Shown in pieces: positions 40,243 to 50,123 of a stretch of DNA of 64,000 nt. The notes beneath the pieces are model-generated. The model had not been told where the DNA came from and did no database searches. It saw nothing but the letters and a program-made list of their open reading frames with translations. The position numbers were made by a program, and so were the translations under genes. The first letter of the stretch is position 1; every line of letters begins with the position of its first letter. This stretch comes from Nannocystis bainbridge (lineage in GTDB: Bacteria; Myxococcota_A; Polyangia; Nannocystales; Nannocystaceae), in assembly GCF_028368995.1 (NCBI RefSeq), contig NZ_JAQNDL010000001.1:2176001-2240000 (forward strand). The letters are read 5' to 3'.

Positions 40243-41214
40243 TCAGGCCGCGCGACGGACCAGGTGGACCACCGCGAAGCGGGCCGCGTCGTCGGTCCAC
40301 GCCTGGGTCAGCGTCAGACCTGCGCTGGAGGACATGTCCGAAAAGCCATCCAGCGTATACTTGTGCGACAGCTCGGTCAGGATCGACTCGCGGGCGCGGA
40401 AGCTGAAGCTGCGGCCGCCGACCCCGACGACCTGGTCGATCTTGCTGACCAGGTGCATCTCGATGCGGCTGGCGGCCTCGTTGAACACGGCGCGGTGGGC
40501 GAAGCGGCCCGGCTGGAACTCACCGCCGAGCTCGCTGTTGATGCGGTGGAGCAGGTTGAGGTTGAACGCCGCGGTCACCAGGTCGCGGTCGTTGTAGGCG
40601 GCCTCGAGCACCGACTTCGACTTGACCAGGTCGATGCCGACCAGCGCGCCCTCGCAGCCGGGCGCGCGGGCGATGTTTCGCAGCAGCGCGGTCGCCTCGC
40701 TCGGGTCGAAGTTGCCGATCGTCGAGCCCGGGAAGTACACCAGGCTGCGGCCGAGCGCCCCGACCGGCAGGGCGAACGGGCGCGTGAAGTCGGCGTGCAG
40801 CGGCAGCACCTTGAGCTTCGGGTACTCGGCCTGGATCGCCGCGCTGGCGGCCAGCAGCGGCTTCTCCGACACGTCGACCGGCACGTACGCGGTCGCGTCG
40901 AGGTGGTCGAGCAGCAGCCGGGTCTTGATGCTCTCGCCGCTGCCGTACTCGACGATGATCCGGCGCGGGCCGACGGCGGCCGCCATCTCCATCGCGTGGT
41001 CGCCGAGGATCTCGATCTCCGCGCGGGTCAGGTAGTACTCCGGGGTCTCGCAGATCGCCTCGAACAGGTGCGAGCCGCGGGCGTCGTAGAAATACTTGGA
41101 GGGCAGGCGCTTGACCGGGCGCGACAGCCCCTCGATCACGTCGGCGAGGAACCCGTCGGCTGGCGCCTGCGTCGCCTCGTCATCGCGCGGGCGTTGGTGG
41201 AGCGGTCGCATCAT
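40243..41214 (-). CDS. egtD: L-histidine N-alpha-methyltransferase
   Basis: KRLPSKYFYDARGSHLFEAICETPEYYLTRAE, VEYGSG, FPGSTIGNF, AAFNLNLL, TELSHKY. Confidence 0.95.
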   Translation of the reverse strand: MMRPLHQRPRDDEATQAPADGFLADVIEGLSRPVKRLPSKYFYDARGSHLFEAICETPEYYLTRAEIEILGDHAMEMAAAVGPRRIIVEYGSGESIKTRLLLDHLDATAYVPVDVSEKPLLAASAAIQAEYPKLKVLPLHADFTRPFALPVGALGRSLVYFPGSTIGNFDPSEATALLRNIARAPGCEGALVGIDLVKSKSVLEAAYNDRDLVTAAFNLNLLHRINSELGGEFQPGRFAHRAVFNEAASRIEMHLVSKIDQVVGVGGRSFSFRARESILTELSHKYTLDGFSDMSSSAGLTLTQAWTDDAARFAVVHLVRRAA

Positions 41215-42449
41215 GCATCCTTGGTGAGACGGATCCCCGTGAACGGCCACCGCGCCCGGGGCGGAAAGAAATTGCGGTAGCTGGCACGCAAATGATCCCG
41301 CGGGGAAGCGCACGAACCGCCGCGCAGCACCATCTGGTTCGACATGAACTTGCCGTTGTATTCGCCGAGCGCGCCCGCCGGCGGGTGATAGCCGGGGTAC
41401 GGCAAGTACGCGCTCGCGGTCCACTCCCACACGTCGCCGAACAGCTGCGCCGGCCGGGGCTCGGCCTGCGGCGGCGCGTCCGCGACGGTCGGGTGGAGGC
41501 GGCCCGAATCGACGAAGTTACCGGCCACCGGCGCGCCCTCGGCCGCCGCTTCCCACTCGAACTCGGTCGGCAGGCGGGCGCCGGCCCAGCGGGCGAACGC
41601 GTCGGCCTCGTAGTGCGACACGTGGACCACCGGCGCGTGCGGGTCGAGCGGGCGCGGCCCGCCGAGCGTCATCTGCCACCATGTCCCCTGGGACATGTAC
41701 CAGTAGAGCGGCGCCGTCCAGCCCTCGGCCTGCGCCTGGGCCCAGCCGTCGGCCAGCCACAGCGTGCTGCGGCGGTAGCCGCCGTCGGCCACGAACTCCG
41801 CGTACTCCGCGTTGGTCACGCAGCGCGACGCCAGCGCGTGCGGCCGCAGCAGCGTCTGGTGGCGCGGGCCCTCGTTGTCGAAATGAAAGCCCGCGCCGGC
41901 GTTGCCCACCTCGCGCAACCCGCTCGGCCCCGGGCACCAGCGCAGCGGCGCCGCCGGTCGCGACGACGGCGGCGCCGCCTCCGCCCGCAGCCCCGGCCGC
42001 AGCGGGTTCTGGGCGTACAGGTGCAGCAGGTCCATCAGGATCAGCTCCTGGTGCTGCTGCTCGTGCTCGAGCCCGAGGCGGACCCGCTCGACCAGCCACG
42101 CCGGCCCGCCGCGGGCCAGCAGCTCGAGCATCGCCGCGTCGACGTGGGTCCGGTACTGCAGCACCTCGGCCCCGGTCGGCCGCGTCAGCAGCCCGCGGCG
42201 CGGCCGGCTGAACTGCGGGCCCACCGACTCGTAATACGAGTTGAAGAGGACCTCGAACTGCGGGTGAAACGGGCGGTAGCCGGGGTCGGCCGGGCCGAGC
42301 ACGAACGTCTCGAAGAACCACGTCGTGTGCGCCAGGTGCCACTTGGCCGGGCTCGCGTCCGGCATGCTCTGGACCGCGAGGTCCTCCGCGGGCAGCCCCG
42401 CGACCAGCCCCTCCGTGGCCGCGCGCACCCGGGCGTAGGCCGCCTCCAC
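41211..42449 (-). CDS. egtB: Ergothioneine sulfoxide synthase
   Basis: QSMPDASPAKWHLAHTTWFFE, HEQQHQEL, RLPTEFEWE, GEYNGKFM. Confidence 0.95.
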   Translation of the reverse strand: MEAAYARVRAATEGLVAGLPAEDLAVQSMPDASPAKWHLAHTTWFFETFVLGPADPGYRPFHPQFEVLFNSYYESVGPQFSRPRRGLLTRPTGAEVLQYRTHVDAAMLELLARGGPAWLVERVRLGLEHEQQHQELILMDLLHLYAQNPLRPGLRAEAAPPSSRPAAPLRWCPGPSGLREVGNAGAGFHFDNEGPRHQTLLRPHALASRCVTNAEYAEFVADGGYRRSTLWLADGWAQAQAEGWTAPLYWYMSQGTWWQMTLGGPRPLDPHAPVVHVSHYEADAFARWAGARLPTEFEWEAAAEGAPVAGNFVDSGRLHPTVADAPPQAEPRPAQLFGDVWEWTASAYLPYPGYHPPAGALGEYNGKFMSNQMVLRGGSCASPRDHLRASYRNFFPPRARWPFTGIRLTKDA

Positions 42450-43427
42450 TCAGAACCTCCCGCCGAGCGCGACCCCGAAGCCCTGGCCCGAAGGACCTGC
42501 CCCCAGGTGCAGCTGACCGCGGCGGGCCGTCTTGCCCACGCCGGTGTCCTGCCGCTCGAGCGTCTTCAGCTCGGCGCGCGACGACAGGGCGTCGACCGCC
42601 ATGAACGCCGAGCCGGCCAGCCCGAGCCCGCCCGCCAGGCTGGTGACGCCGACGAAGCGCAGCGGCTCCTTGTCGCCGTACTGACCGATCAGCCACAGCG
42701 CGCTGAACACCGCCGCCCCGGCGTAGAGGGCGTAGCCGAGCCCGCGGGCCCACAGCTTGCCGCGCACGCGCAGGTCCCGGCCGGTGCTGGCGCCGCCGAT
42801 GGCGACGATCGGCGTGCCGAGCAGCGTCGTCGTCAGGCCGAGGCTGGCGTACATGAAGTGCTTCATGCCGTAGTCGCTCGGGTCGGTCTTGCCGGCGCGA
42901 CCGGCGTCGTAGAGCACGCCCATCAGCATGCCGACCGCCGAGAAGCCGACGCCGACGCCGGCGCCGACGCGGGCCCACTCCGACGGCGTCGACTCGCGGC
43001 CCTCGACGCACTCCCACGAGTTCTCGTGCACCGCCGTCACCGCCCCCAGCGGAGCCTGCTGCGCGCCGTTCTTCGGGTGCACGTAGTAGACCGCCGACTT
43101 GTCGGCGCGGGTCAGCGTCACGCACTCGCGCCCCGCGGTGCCGAGGATCACCAGCACCCGCCGCCCGGCCAGCCGCTGCCACTGCGCGTCGCTCACCGGC
43201 GCGGGGTAATAGCGCGGCATGTTGTCCGCGGCGGCCGGCGCCTCCGCGGCGGTCGCGTCACCGGCGACCGCGTGGTGGATCAGCGTGACATGACCTTCGG
43301 GCAAGGTCCGATCGGACATGTCCGAAGCGCCATCCACGATCACCGCCTCGGGCCCCTCGTAGCTGCGCAGGCCGGCGGGCGGGGTGAGGGCGAGCGACAC
43401 GACGGCGAGCGCGGCGAGCATGGCCAC
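42450..43427 (-). CDS. Exported/membrane hypothetical protein
   Basis: Signal peptide, several hydrophobic helices, C-terminal GVALGGRF. Confidence 0.65.
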   Translation of the reverse strand: MAMLAALAVVSLALTPPAGLRSYEGPEAVIVDGASDMSDRTLPEGHVTLIHHAVAGDATAAEAPAAADNMPRYYPAPVSDAQWQRLAGRRVLVILGTAGRECVTLTRADKSAVYYVHPKNGAQQAPLGAVTAVHENSWECVEGRESTPSEWARVGAGVGVGFSAVGMLMGVLYDAGRAGKTDPSDYGMKHFMYASLGLTTTLLGTPIVAIGGASTGRDLRVRGKLWARGLGYALYAGAAVFSALWLIGQYGDKEPLRFVGVTSLAGGLGLAGSAFMAVDALSSRAELKTLERQDTGVGKTARRGQLHLGAGPSGQGFGVALGGRF

Positions 43428-43430
43428 AGT

Positions 43431-44834
43431 CTACACGGCCTTGGGCGGCGCCTGCAGCAGGGCCTCGACGACCCGCTCGAGCCGCATGCCGCGGCTGCCC
43501 TTGACCAGGAGGGCGCCCGGTCGCTCGGCGAAGGTGGCGCGGACGGCCGCGACGAGGTCGGAGACGCCGAGCCCGGCGTGCCATGACGCGATCCCGCCGG
43601 CCTTGGCCGCGTCGGCGGCCGCCTGCGACAGCGTGCCGAAGGTGAACAGCGCGTCGAGCCCCAGCGCCGCCGCCAGCCGGCCGACCTCCGCGTGCAGCTC
43701 CGGCCCGCGCTCGCCCAGCTCGAGCATGTCGCCGATGACCGCGGCCAGCGGACCCGGCCGTGACGGGCGCAGCGCGGCCAGGCTCTGCAGCGCCGCCGTG
43801 ACCGACCCGGGGTTGGCGTTGTAGTTGTCGGCGATCAGCAGGTGATGCTCGTCGAAGCGCAGCACCCGGCCGCGGTCGCCGACCGGCAGCACCCCTTCGA
43901 GCGCCTCGATCATCGGCCCGACCGGGCAGTTCAGGTGCAGCCCGACGGCCAGGGCCGCCGCCGCGTTGCGGGCGTTGTGGGCCCCGAACACCCGCAGGCT
44001 GAGGCGGATCTCCTCGACCTCGCCGCCGGGCAGGTGCAGCCGCAAGGTCGCGTGGGTGCGCTCGTCGAGCTCGACCCCGACGATCCGCACCGACGCCTCC
44101 GGACCTTCCCCGAAGGGCAGGATCGAAAGGCCAGGTGGGAAGTGCGGCGGCAGCAGCCGCTCGTCGTCGGGCACCACCGCGACCCCGCCGGGTCGGACGT
44201 GGCGCAGCGGCTCGGCCTCGGCGGCGGCGATCGCCTCGAGGCTGCCCATGAACTCGAGGTGCTCGAGCGCGACGCTGGTGATCACGGCGACGTCGGGGCG
44301 CACCAGCGCGGCCAGCCGCTCGTTCTCGCCGGGCGCGCTCATCCCCAGCTCGAGCACGATCGCCTCCGGGTGGTCCGGCCCGTTGAGCAGCGACAGCGGC
44401 ACCCCGAGGTGATTGTTGAGGTTGCCGCGGGTCGCCAGCACGCGCCCGTGGCGGCTGCGCAGCACCGCCTCGATCAGCGCGCGCGTGGTCGTCTTGCCGT
44501 TGCTGCCGGAGATCGCCACCACCGGCCCGCTGCAGGCCTCGCGGACCGCCCCGCCGAGCGCTGTCAGGGCCGCGAACGTGTCCTCGACCTCGACCACCGT
44601 GACCGTCGGATCGTCCGGCAGCGGACGCCCCGGCGCCTGCAGGATCGCCGCGGCGCCGGCCCGGATCGCGTCGGGGATGAACGCGTGGCCGTCGCGGGCG
44701 GCCACGATCGGCACGAACAGGCCGCCCGGCACGGGGTCGCGGCTGTCGACGAAGGCGCCGCGGATCTCCCGCGAACCGGCGCGGAGCAGCCGTCCGCCGG
44801 AGGTCGCGGCCAGGGTCTCGGGGGTGAAGTGCAC
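43431..44834 (-). CDS. murF: UDP-N-acetylmuramoyl-tripeptide--D-Ala-D-Ala ligase
   Basis: AISGSNGKTTT, GNLNNHLGVP, ELGMS, DNYNANP, GDMLELG, KGSRGM. Confidence 0.95.
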   Translation of the reverse strand: MHFTPETLAATSGGRLLRAGSREIRGAFVDSRDPVPGGLFVPIVAARDGHAFIPDAIRAGAAAILQAPGRPLPDDPTVTVVEVEDTFAALTALGGAVREACSGPVVAISGSNGKTTTRALIEAVLRSRHGRVLATRGNLNNHLGVPLSLLNGPDHPEAIVLELGMSAPGENERLAALVRPDVAVITSVALEHLEFMGSLEAIAAAEAEPLRHVRPGGVAVVPDDERLLPPHFPPGLSILPFGEGPEASVRIVGVELDERTHATLRLHLPGGEVEEIRLSLRVFGAHNARNAAAALAVGLHLNCPVGPMIEALEGVLPVGDRGRVLRFDEHHLLIADNYNANPGSVTAALQSLAALRPSRPGPLAAVIGDMLELGERGPELHAEVGRLAAALGLDALFTFGTLSQAAADAAKAGGIASWHAGLGVSDLVAAVRATFAERPGALLVKGSRGMRLERVVEALLQAPPKAV

Positions 44835-45026
44835 GAGGAGACCGTTAGCACCCCGACGCGGCCGCGCGCCACTCTTCGGCAGGGCCCGCCGCGGCGGCTG
44901 CGCAGCGGGTCGGCGGTGCAGCGCGGACACGGGGTGCCCGGGGGCCCGGGGACCGCGACGGGGCGAGCGTCCCCCGGTCGTTCGGCGCGGTCGCGGCGGG
45001 CGCCGACCGGCGTTTGTCCCATCACA

Positions 45027-45054
45027 TGTCTTACGGGACATGTCCGATCGGACC
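45027..45054. repeat. Two in-phase 14-bp palindromes in the murF/HNH divergent region
   Basis: TGTCTTACGGGACA|TGTCCGATCGGACC. Confidence 0.8.
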
Positions 45055-45214
45055 TGTGATTGCGCGGCCCGGCGTTCGGCGGCCCCGCGCGCGGGCCCGG
45101 CTCGCGTTCGCCCGCGCCGATGCTCGCGCGTCGGCGCGCGCCTGCGTCGCAGCCGTCACGCGGGCGTGGCCGCGTCGACGCCGGGTCATGCTAGCCTCGT
45201 GGATGGGGAGCCTC

Positions 45215-45727
45215 ATGCACACGCTGGTCCTCGATCCCGGCTTCTTGCCGGTCAAGGTCATCTCCTGGCGGCGTGCCCTGTGCCTGAGCTTCCTCGCCAA
45301 GGTCGAGGTCCTCGCCAGCTACGAGCGCGAGGTCCGGACCGTCGACCGCGGCTTCCCCACCCCCTCGGTCGTCCGCCTGCTGCACGCCGCGCGTCCGGGC
45401 CCGCAGGTGGTCCGGTTCTCGCGCCGCAACGTGTACCTGCGCGACAACCATCGCTGTCAGTACTGCGGCGTGCAGTACAGCGACCACGAGCTGACCCTCG
45501 ACCACGTGGTCCCGCGCGTCGACGGCGGCAAGACCACCTGGACCAATGTCGTCGCCGCCTGCGCCGCCTGCAACCGGCGCAAGGGCGGCCGCACCCCCGA
45601 GCAGGCCGGCCTGCCGCTGCGCACCCGCCCGGCCCGGCCGAAGTGGACGCCGATGACCCTCGCCCAGCGGCTGCCGCTGCACGACGTGCCCGAGGCCTGG
45701 CGCGCCTGGCTCGGCGTCAAATATTAA
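45215..45727 (+). CDS. HNH endonuclease family protein
   Basis: FSRRNVYLRD..CQYCG..LTLDHVVPR..GG..W.NVVAAC..CN..K. Confidence 0.93.
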   Translation: MHTLVLDPGFLPVKVISWRRALCLSFLAKVEVLASYEREVRTVDRGFPTPSVVRLLHAARPGPQVVRFSRRNVYLRDNHRCQYCGVQYSDHELTLDHVVPRVDGGKTTWTNVVAACAACNRRKGGRTPEQAGLPLRTRPARPKWTPMTLAQRLPLHDVPEAWRAWLGVKY

Positions 45728-45730
45728 AGG

Positions 45731-45948
45731 TGTCCCGAGGGACAGGTCGCACCGGCCGGGCCCGGCGAACGCGGCGGCCGTCTCGGCGCAGGCCCGCCGC
45801 GCCTGCGCGCGGACCATTCACCGCATCCTGTCCCGAAGGCCAGGTCGCCGGCCGGGCCCGGCGAACGCGGTGCCCTCTCGGCGCAGGCCCGCCGCGCCCG
45901 CGTGCGCCGGGGCCATCCTCCACATCCTGTCCCGAAGGCCAGGTCGCT
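45731..45948. repeat. Tandem repeat of about 98 bp (2 copies plus a partial third), each starting with the 14-bp palindrome
   Basis: TGTCCCGAGGGACA 45731; TGTCCCGAAGGCCA 45829 and 45928. Confidence 0.85.
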
Positions 45949-45954
45949 CTTGTC

Positions 45955-47124
45955 TCACCCGGGGATCGTCGTCATGCACTCGGTGAGCGGCCCGGCGAGG
46001 CCGCTCCAGCCGTTGTAGCCGTTGTCCAGGCCGAGCACGGGCCCGACGATGAGCGGCTGCGAATCGGTGAAGTCGTCGAGGTCGACCTGCATCAGCTCGG
46101 CGCCGGTCTGGACGTCGCCCGAGCTGAGGATGTAGAGGCGCGGCTGCTGGTCGTCGAACAGCGGCCCTCCGAGCGCGTGGATCCCCCACGTCCCGTCGGT
46201 CTGGGCCAGCTGCGTCCCCGTGCCGGTCGTGTAGTCGATCTGCCACAGGTTGCTCGAGTCCATGGCGAACCCGAGGCTGTCGCTGACCTCGCCCTCGACG
46301 ATGCCCGGCGACATGTCGTCGATGTCGGCCACCGACGCGTTGCCGAGGTCGGTGATCACCTCGAACGTCAGGTCGCCGTCGAGGTACGCGCCGGTGAAGC
46401 GGAGCAGGCGGTTGCCCTCGGTGTTGCCCACGTCCTCGCCGGTGTCCATGAGGTAGACCCGGCCGTCGCAGTCGGTGTAGAGCGCCTCGATGCGGATCGG
46501 CTGGGCCTGGCCGTCGTTCGGCACCGTGCCCAGCAGCGTCGCCTGGGCCGGCGTATCCTCGGTGGTCGGCGGCGCGGCGATGTGGAAGATCTGGGTCCCC
46601 TCGGCCGACTCGCGCGAGCCGATCAGTGAGCCGTCCTCGAGCATCGTCAGCCCGTTCTGGCCGTGGATCAGCGGCGCGTCGGCGACCAGCTCGTTGTGCA
46701 CGAGCGCGACGACCGAGCCGTCGGACGGATCGATCTCGATGTACATCAGGTGATTTTCGACCGAGTACCACAGGTTCGGCGAGTCCCACAGCGGGTTGCC
46801 GCCGGTCGTCTCGGTGGTCGTCGCGTCGGTCGTCGTCGTCGTCGCGTCGGTCGTCGAGGTCGTCGTCGACGTCGTCGTCGCGTCGGTCGTCGGCAGCGCC
46901 TCGGTGGTCGCGTCGGTCGTGGTCGTGCTCGGATCGCTGGTGCCGAGCGTGGTGTCGGTCGCGCTCGTCGTCTCGCTGCCGCCGGTCGTCGGGTCGGTGT
47001 CGACGGTCGTCAGCGTCGTCGCCGTCGAGGCGTCCGAGTCGACCGCGGTGTCGGTCGAGCCCGGTTCGCTCGGGGTGCAGGCGACGAGGAGAGACAGGAG
47101 CGCGGCGCGGGCGGCATAATTCAT
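45955..47124 (-). CDS. Thr-rich-linker lipoprotein with probable beta-propeller domain
   Basis: LVAC lipobox; long Thr/Asp tract; beta-strand-rich C-terminal domain. Confidence 0.8.
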   Translation of the reverse strand: MNYAARAALLSLLVACTPSEPGSTDTAVDSDASTATTLTTVDTDPTTGGSETTSATDTTLGTSDPSTTTTDATTEALPTTDATTTSTTTSTTDATTTTTDATTTETTGGNPLWDSPNLWYSVENHLMYIEIDPSDGSVVALVHNELVADAPLIHGQNGLTMLEDGSLIGSRESAEGTQIFHIAAPPTTEDTPAQATLLGTVPNDGQAQPIRIEALYTDCDGRVYLMDTGEDVGNTEGNRLLRFTGAYLDGDLTFEVITDLGNASVADIDDMSPGIVEGEVSDSLGFAMDSSNLWQIDYTTGTGTQLAQTDGTWGIHALGGPLFDDQQPRLYILSSGDVQTGAELMQVDLDDFTDSQPLIVGPVLGLDNGYNGWSGLAGPLTECMTTIPG

Positions 47125-47439
47125 GGGCAAGACGATCACCTCGTTCGAGACGGCGGTCGCCCAGTGTCGCGGCCTCGGCCCGGCTTGTCCAGGCAGGCGC
47201 GTGTCGGCCACGCGCGCAGGTATTCGCACCGCGCTCCGGCGCTCGCCGATGCGCGCGATGAACCCGCCGGGGCTCGCAATTGCGACCCGTCACCCGTCGC
47301 GTCGCAAGACGCGAAGCCCGCGCCGCGGCGCGCCGCCGATCGCTCGTCGCTCGCGGCGCGCGAGCTCGTCGTCGCGACGCGAAGGCGCGGCTCATACGTG
47401 ATCGCGTCGAGCGACCGAGCTCGTCGGTGCATCTGTGCA

Positions 47440-47481
47440 TGGTCGAAACGACATGTCCAAAAGCACATGTACAAAAAATCA
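47440..47481. repeat. Phased array (3 units) with A-tract spacers
   Basis: TGGTCGAAACGACA|TGTCCAAAAGCACA|TGTACAAAAAATCA. Confidence 0.75.
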
Positions 47482-47678
47482 TGCCGATCGCGTCCCTCAG
47501 CCGCTCGCCGACGGCCAGCTCCTGGACGACGGACGTCGCACCGGGGGGCATCCGACCGCTCCTTCGATCACGAACGCCGCGACCCTCTCGCCAGAGCGCC
47601 GCGCTCGTGCGAATCGATCGCGCGGACTCGCACGAAACGCGCCCCAGGCCGGCTTGCGACGTGCGCTGGCTCAACTTT

Positions 47679-47697
47679 GACAGTGAAAATCAATTTC
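47679..47697 (+). promoter_or_regulatory. Fur box upstream of the methyltransferase
   Basis: GACAGTGAAAATCAATTTC, 14/19 match to GATAATGATAATCATTATC, in an AT-rich island. Confidence 0.7.
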
Positions 47698-47714
47698 ACT
47701 ATTAACTCCGCCCC

Positions 47715-48560
47715 ATGACGAACAAGCAAACGGTCGCCCTCGGCGACGTCAGCGAGACGCTCATGATCCCGCTGTGGTGCCGCGCGATCGAGACTGGCCG
47801 GCGCCGGCCGATCCTCCGCGACCCGCGGGCCCAGGAGATCGTCGCGCAGCTGGACTACGACTTCGAGCGGCGGTTCGCCTCGCAGCGCGACCTGGCCTTT
47901 CGCGCATGTCTGCGCACCGTCATGATCGATCGCTGGGTGCAGGAGTTCTTGCGCATGCACCCGGGCGGCACCGTGGTCGAGATCGGCACCGGGCTCAACA
48001 CTCGCTTCGAGCGGGTCGACAACGGCGCCATGCGGTGGTTCGACGTCGACCTGCCCGACTCGCTGGCGCTGCGGCGGCGGTTCTTCAGCGACACCGCGCG
48101 GCGGCGCATGCTGCCCGGCGCGTTCGGCGACGACGACTGGCTGGCCCAGCTCGGCTCCGCCGGCGACGGCCCGTTCCTGTTCATCGCCGAGGCGGTCCTC
48201 GTCTACCTGACCGAAGAGACAGTCCGTCGCGGCCTCAACGCGATCGCCTCCGCCTACCCCGGCAGCCAGTTCGTGCTCGACACCGTGACCCGGCGCGCGA
48301 TCGCCAGCCAGTCGCGGCCGATGATGCAGACCTACAACGCGCCGTTCGTGTGGGGCTGCGACGATCCGCGCACGATCGAGGCCTGGGGTCGCCACCGCTG
48401 CCTCGACTCGATCACCATGCTCGACCTGCCGCCCGAGCTGCGCCGCCGCGTCCCGCTCAAGCACCGCCTCGCCTTCTCGTACCTGCGCGCGCGCAAGCCC
48501 GAGGTGCTGCGCTCGCACGCGCTGCACCGCTTCGAGCTGCGCCCGCCCGCGTCCGCGTGA
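47715..48560 (+). CDS. Class I SAM-dependent methyltransferase, leucine-carboxyl-methyltransferase/TcmP-like
   Basis: VSETLMIPLWCRA, VVEIGTGLNTRFERVD, WFDVDLPD, FIAEAVLVYL. Confidence 0.88.
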   Translation: MTNKQTVALGDVSETLMIPLWCRAIETGRRRPILRDPRAQEIVAQLDYDFERRFASQRDLAFRACLRTVMIDRWVQEFLRMHPGGTVVEIGTGLNTRFERVDNGAMRWFDVDLPDSLALRRRFFSDTARRRMLPGAFGDDDWLAQLGSAGDGPFLFIAEAVLVYLTEETVRRGLNAIASAYPGSQFVLDTVTRRAIASQSRPMMQTYNAPFVWGCDDPRTIEAWGRHRCLDSITMLDLPPELRRRVPLKHRLAFSYLRARKPEVLRSHALHRFELRPPASA

Positions 48561-48751
48561 GCGCGCTCGCGTGACCTCGCCGGCGCAGCGAGCCGCGCCA
48601 AGATCTGCGCGCGGCGCCTGCGAATCATCCGGACGCTGCGAAGGCGCCGCGACGTCGCGCGTGCGGCGTCGCGAAGTGCACCTCGTCTCATCGACGCGGC
48701 GCGTGCGTCGCCGTGGCTCGCGCTCTGCCGCATGCGCGCTCTGCTGGCGAG

Positions 48752-49011
48752 CTCACGCGGCGGCTCGTGCGTCCCTCTCGCGCCATTCCCCTGGCGCGCG
48801 AGCATCCCCGCGGCTCGCGTTCGGCCTCACGCGCAGCGGCTGCGCGTCCCGTTCACGCCTTCTCCTGACGCCCGAGCATCCCCGCGGCTCGCGTTCGGCC
48901 TCACGCGCGGCAACTCGTGCGTCCGGCTCACGCCATCCTCCTGCCGCGCGAGCATCCCCGCAGCTCGCGTTCGGCCTCACCCGCGGCGGCTCGCTGTCCC
49001 GCTCACGCCAT
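48752..49011. repeat. Tandem repeat of about 75 bp, 3-3.5 copies
   Basis: CGAGCATCCCCGC(G/A)GCTCGCGTTCGGCCTCAC at 48799, 48873 and 48949. Confidence 0.85.
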
Positions 49012-49242
49012 GCACGTGGCGCTCGTCGCTCGCAGCTTCTGGACCCCACGCGCGTGGCCGTGACACCCGTGACATCTCACCGACGTCGTCGTCTCGGGTT
49101 GCGAGCAGCCTCGCGAATGCGCCTCCGACGTCGAGGCCGTCGGCGCGAACGAGTTCACGGCCGTGTCACGATTCTGAATGTCAAAATCCACATGAAGTGG
49201 CGCAAATAGCCTGAGAATTCTCTCCCCGAGCCCGGCACGTTT

Positions 49243-49261
49243 AATTTTGAAAATCATTATC
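49243..49261 (+). promoter_or_regulatory. Fur box upstream of the siderophore operon
   Basis: AATTTTGAAAATCATTATC, 15/19 match to the Fur consensus. Confidence 0.8.
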
Positions 49262-49283
49262 GCTTAACAATACCTTCCGCCGT

Positions 49284-50120
49284 ATGCGAACCAGCTTGCG
49301 ACGACCCCTCGTTGTCCTGTTCTCGGCGGCGTGCGTGCTCGCGTGTGGCACCACCGGGTCGGCGACGGACGCGACCTCCGACGGAGGCGTGACCACCACG
49401 ACCGGCGCGAGCACGGCCGCGAGCACCGACGCGAGCACCGGGACCACGACCGCCGAGCCGACCACCGGCGGCACCACCGATCCCGCCGAGGCCCAGTGTC
49501 AGGCCGACCTGCAGGACTGCCCCGACGAGTTCAAGTGCGTGCTGCGGCGCGGCGCCGCCGACTGGGAGTTCGTGTGCTTGCCGGTCCAGGGCGACAACGC
49601 GGCCGGCGACGCCTGTCATCACGACGGCGTGGTCGCCGGCACCGACGACTGCGACGAGACCTCGTGGTGCATCGGCGCCTTCGACACCACCGGCGCGCCG
49701 TGGGAGGGCCTGTGTTACCCGCTGTGCGTCGGCGACGTGTGCGGCAACGACCAGCGCTGCGTCGGCATCGGCGCGCTCCCGGTGTGCGCGCCGATCTGCG
49801 ACCCGCTGCTGGCCGTCGGCTGCACCGCCGACGAGGCCTGCATCTTCCGCGAGCCCGAGGGCTTCGTATGCTTCCCGCAGGGCACCGACGGCCACGCGAT
49901 CGGCGAGGACTGCGAGACCGCGATCAGCTGCGCGCCGGGCCTGCACTGCTCGCAGCGGGTCGCCGGCTGCCCGCCCGAGGCGTTCTGCTGCACCGACTAC
50001 TGCGACACCGGCAGCGCCGACAACACCTGCACCGCCCAGGGCATGGGCGCCACCTGCGAGACGATCGGCGCCACCGCGCCCGAGCAGGCCCACGTCGGCG
50101 CGTGCGTGATCCCGGAGTGA
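49284..50120 (+). CDS. Cys-rich lipoprotein, first gene of the siderophore operon
   Basis: VLAC lipobox; Thr linker; more than 20 Cys (CDPL, CAPGLHC, CCTDYCD); 3 bp from the next gene. Confidence 0.85.
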   Translation: MRTSLRRPLVVLFSAACVLACGTTGSATDATSDGGVTTTTGASTAASTDASTGTTTAEPTTGGTTDPAEAQCQADLQDCPDEFKCVLRRGAADWEFVCLPVQGDNAAGDACHHDGVVAGTDDCDETSWCIGAFDTTGAPWEGLCYPLCVGDVCGNDQRCVGIGALPVCAPICDPLLAVGCTADEACIFREPEGFVCFPQGTDGHAIGEDCETAISCAPGLHCSQRVAGCPPEAFCCTDYCDTGSADNTCTAQGMGATCETIGATAPEQAHVGACVIPE

Positions 50121-50123
50121 GCC

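Noticed and set aside
45215-45727. HNH gene as a mobile or defence element
   Set aside because: It resembles the widespread stand-alone HNH family, with host-like codons and no partner methylase or element ends
48752-49011. 75-bp repeats as a CRISPR array
   Set aside because: The intervening segments are similar to each other, so this is a tandem duplication; no cas genes
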